From contig NC_059437.1 of assembly GCF_021028975.2 (NCBI RefSeq), positions 31,930,001 to 31,994,000 on the forward strand: a DNA stretch of 64,000 bases, read 5' to 3'. Below are positions 44,589-64,000 of this stretch, one piece after another. The number at the start of each line of letters is the position of its first letter. The stretch's first letter is position 1. The notes under the pieces are model-generated. The model worked only from the letters and a program-made list of their open reading frames with translations. It was not told where the DNA came from and searched no databases. The DNA is from Sphaerodactylus townsendi (taxonomy: Eukaryota). The translations under genes and the position numbers were made by a program.

Positions 44589-45040
44589 CCCCGTAGGCCA
44601 GCCCTGGCAATGAATCCTTGGGTGTGAATGTTGAAATCCCACAGAACATTCAGTCTAGTTGTCTCCAGTAGCATCCATTAGCACAGCCATTTCAGACAGG
44701 GTGCTCACAATGGAATAAGGCAGTCAGTCGACCAGAAGAATGCCTAGTTTATCCTTAGACCCCAGTATGAAGTGTCAATGACACTGATAGCTTTCACCAG
44801 GAGACTGTCAAAGGGGACTCACAGAGGATGACAGTCACCTCCCAACCCTCCAATGAGGGATTGATGAAGGACTGCATAATCAGGCAGAGTTAACTGGGAC
44901 TGACATGCCAGGTCACCTTCTGTTAACCAAGTAAGTTTCAGTTATGCAAGCCAGGTCAATGTTCTCTTCCTTAACATCACTGATTTGGAACTGCCCAATA
45001 TTAAAAAGTTGAATAACAGGGGCCCTTGCCTTGAAATGCT
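44589..45040 (-). mobile_element. Decayed LINE (L2-like) AP-endonuclease fragment
   Basis: Translation LLETTRLNVLWDFNIH resembles the GDFN motif. Confidence 0.55.
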
Positions 45041-45449
45041 ACATAGATTAGATAAGCAGCAAGTATTCCATTTTAGAGAATTCTCATCCCCATATCTACA
45101 AGCTTCCATCTACACCCAAATATCACCTTCACCAAACATCCTGCACCAGGTAAAAAATTCAAATTGCCATTAGAACCACGAAGAAGCCACACATTTTTTC
45201 AGCATGCTACTTTCCACAGAGAAGCCATAAAGCAATTCCAGGCTAACTGCTTGATGCATTACAGTTAGTGCTGTTCAACAGGTGCCCTTTAGTGTTTATT
45301 TTTATTTAGTTATTGTTCATTTATTTATTTGATTATTTCATTGGCTTTGACATTGCTGTATAGTTTTGAACATTCCGAAAATGTGCAAGCAACCATTAAA
45401 ATACAAAAACCCCAGGAAGCCTGTTGATCTACAGCGACTTGAAAACCCT

Positions 45450-62736
<17,287 letters not shown>

Positions 62737-62869
62737 GTGAGTGTGCTTGTCTTTGGGCCTCTCTCTTCCCATGCACTGGTACAGATGATAAGTCACAGCT
62801 GCATCTATGTTGGGCATCTCTGAAAATACGTATTATGTCTCTGGAAGTGAGTGGAGCAAGGGACTATTC

Positions 62870-64000
62870 TTAAGAACATAAGAACAAGCCAGCTGGATCA
62901 GACCAAAGTCCATCTAGTCCAGCTCTCTGCTACTCGCAGTGGCCCACCAGGTGCCTTTGGGAGCTCACATGTAGGATGTGAACGCAATGGCCTTCTGCGG
63001 CTGTTGCTCCCGATCACCTGGTCTGTTAAGGCATTTGCAATCTCAGATCAAAGAGGATCAAGATTGGTAGCCATAAACCGACTTCTCCTCCATAAATCTG
63101 TCCAAGCCCCTTTTAAAGCTATCCAGGTTAGTGGCCATCACCACCTCCTGTGGCAGCATATTCCAAACACCAATCACACGTTGCGTGAAGAAGTGTTTCC
63201 TTTTATTAGTCCTAATTCTTTCCCCCAGCATTTTCAATGAATGCCCCCTGGTTCTAGTATTGTGAGAAAGAGAGAAAAATTTCTCTCTGTCAACATTTTC
63301 TACCCCATGCATAATTTTATAGACTTCAATCATATCCCCCCTCAGCCACCTCCTCTCCAAACTAAAGAGTCCCAAACGCTGCAGCCTCTCCTCATAAGGA
63401 AGGTGCTCCAGTCCCTCAATCATCCTTGTTGCCCTTCTCTGCACTTTTTCTATCTCCTCAATATCCTTTTTGTTGAGATGCGTGACCAGAACTGGACACA
63501 GTACTCCAAGTGCGGTCGCATCTTCACTGCTTTATATAAGGGCATGACAATCTTTGCAGTTTTATTATCAATTCCTTTTCTAATGATCCCCAGCATAGAG
63601 TTTGCCTTTTTCACAGCTGCCATGCATTGAGTTGACATTCCCATGGAACTATCAACTAAGACGCCTAAATCCCTTTCCTGGTCTGTGACTGATAGCACTG
63701 ACCCCTGTAGCGTGTATGTGAAGTTTGGATTTTTTGCCCCTATGTGCATCACTTTACATTTTGCTACATTGAACTGCATTTGCCATTTCTGAGCCCACTC
63801 ACCTAATTTATCAAGGTCCGCTTGGAGCTCTTCGCAATCCTTTGTGGTTCTCACCACCCTACATAATTTGGTATCATCTGCAAACTTGGCCACCACGCTA
63901 CCCAACCCTACTTCCAGGTCATTTATGAATAGGTTAAACAGCACTGGTCCCAAAACGGATCCTGGGGGACACCACTCCCGACATCTCTCCATTGTGAGCA
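62870..64000 (-). mobile_element. CR1 LINE, same young subfamily, in MED12 intron 26; runs off the window
   Basis: ORFs 63450-63992 and 63058-63444 carry RT motifs; highly similar to 28933-30046. Confidence 0.95.

Overview
Vertebrate genomic DNA, most likely from a squamate (lizard/gecko-like, inferred from the SINE/CR1/MITE content). The region corresponds to the human Xq13 CXorf65-IL2RG-MED12 block. I assembled four spliced genes by hand from splice signals and frame continuity. (1) A complete 9-exon sestrin paralogue on the minus strand (14434->3887, 443 aa), best read as the fourth vertebrate sestrin (SESN4-like) that mammals lack. Its leucine-pocket lid residues are all replaced, while the GATOR2-binding and redox motifs are intact. 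(2) A complete 6-exon CXorf65 orthologue (minus, 26232->17330, 187 aa). (3) A complete 8-exon IL2RG/common gamma chain (minus, 40522->28695, 349 aa) with a degenerate WSXWS motif. (4) The first 26 coding exons of MED12 (plus, from 45991), including two GC-AG introns. Intronic and intergenic DNA holds two young CR1 LINE copies, older CR1/L2 fragments, tRNA-derived SINEs, hAT and Harbinger-like MITEs with TSDs, a solo LTR upstream of IL2RG, Penelope-like ends with decayed hammerhead cores, and a ~150-nt hairpin in a MED12 intron. All homology calls are from recalled protein/repeat sequences, not database searches.
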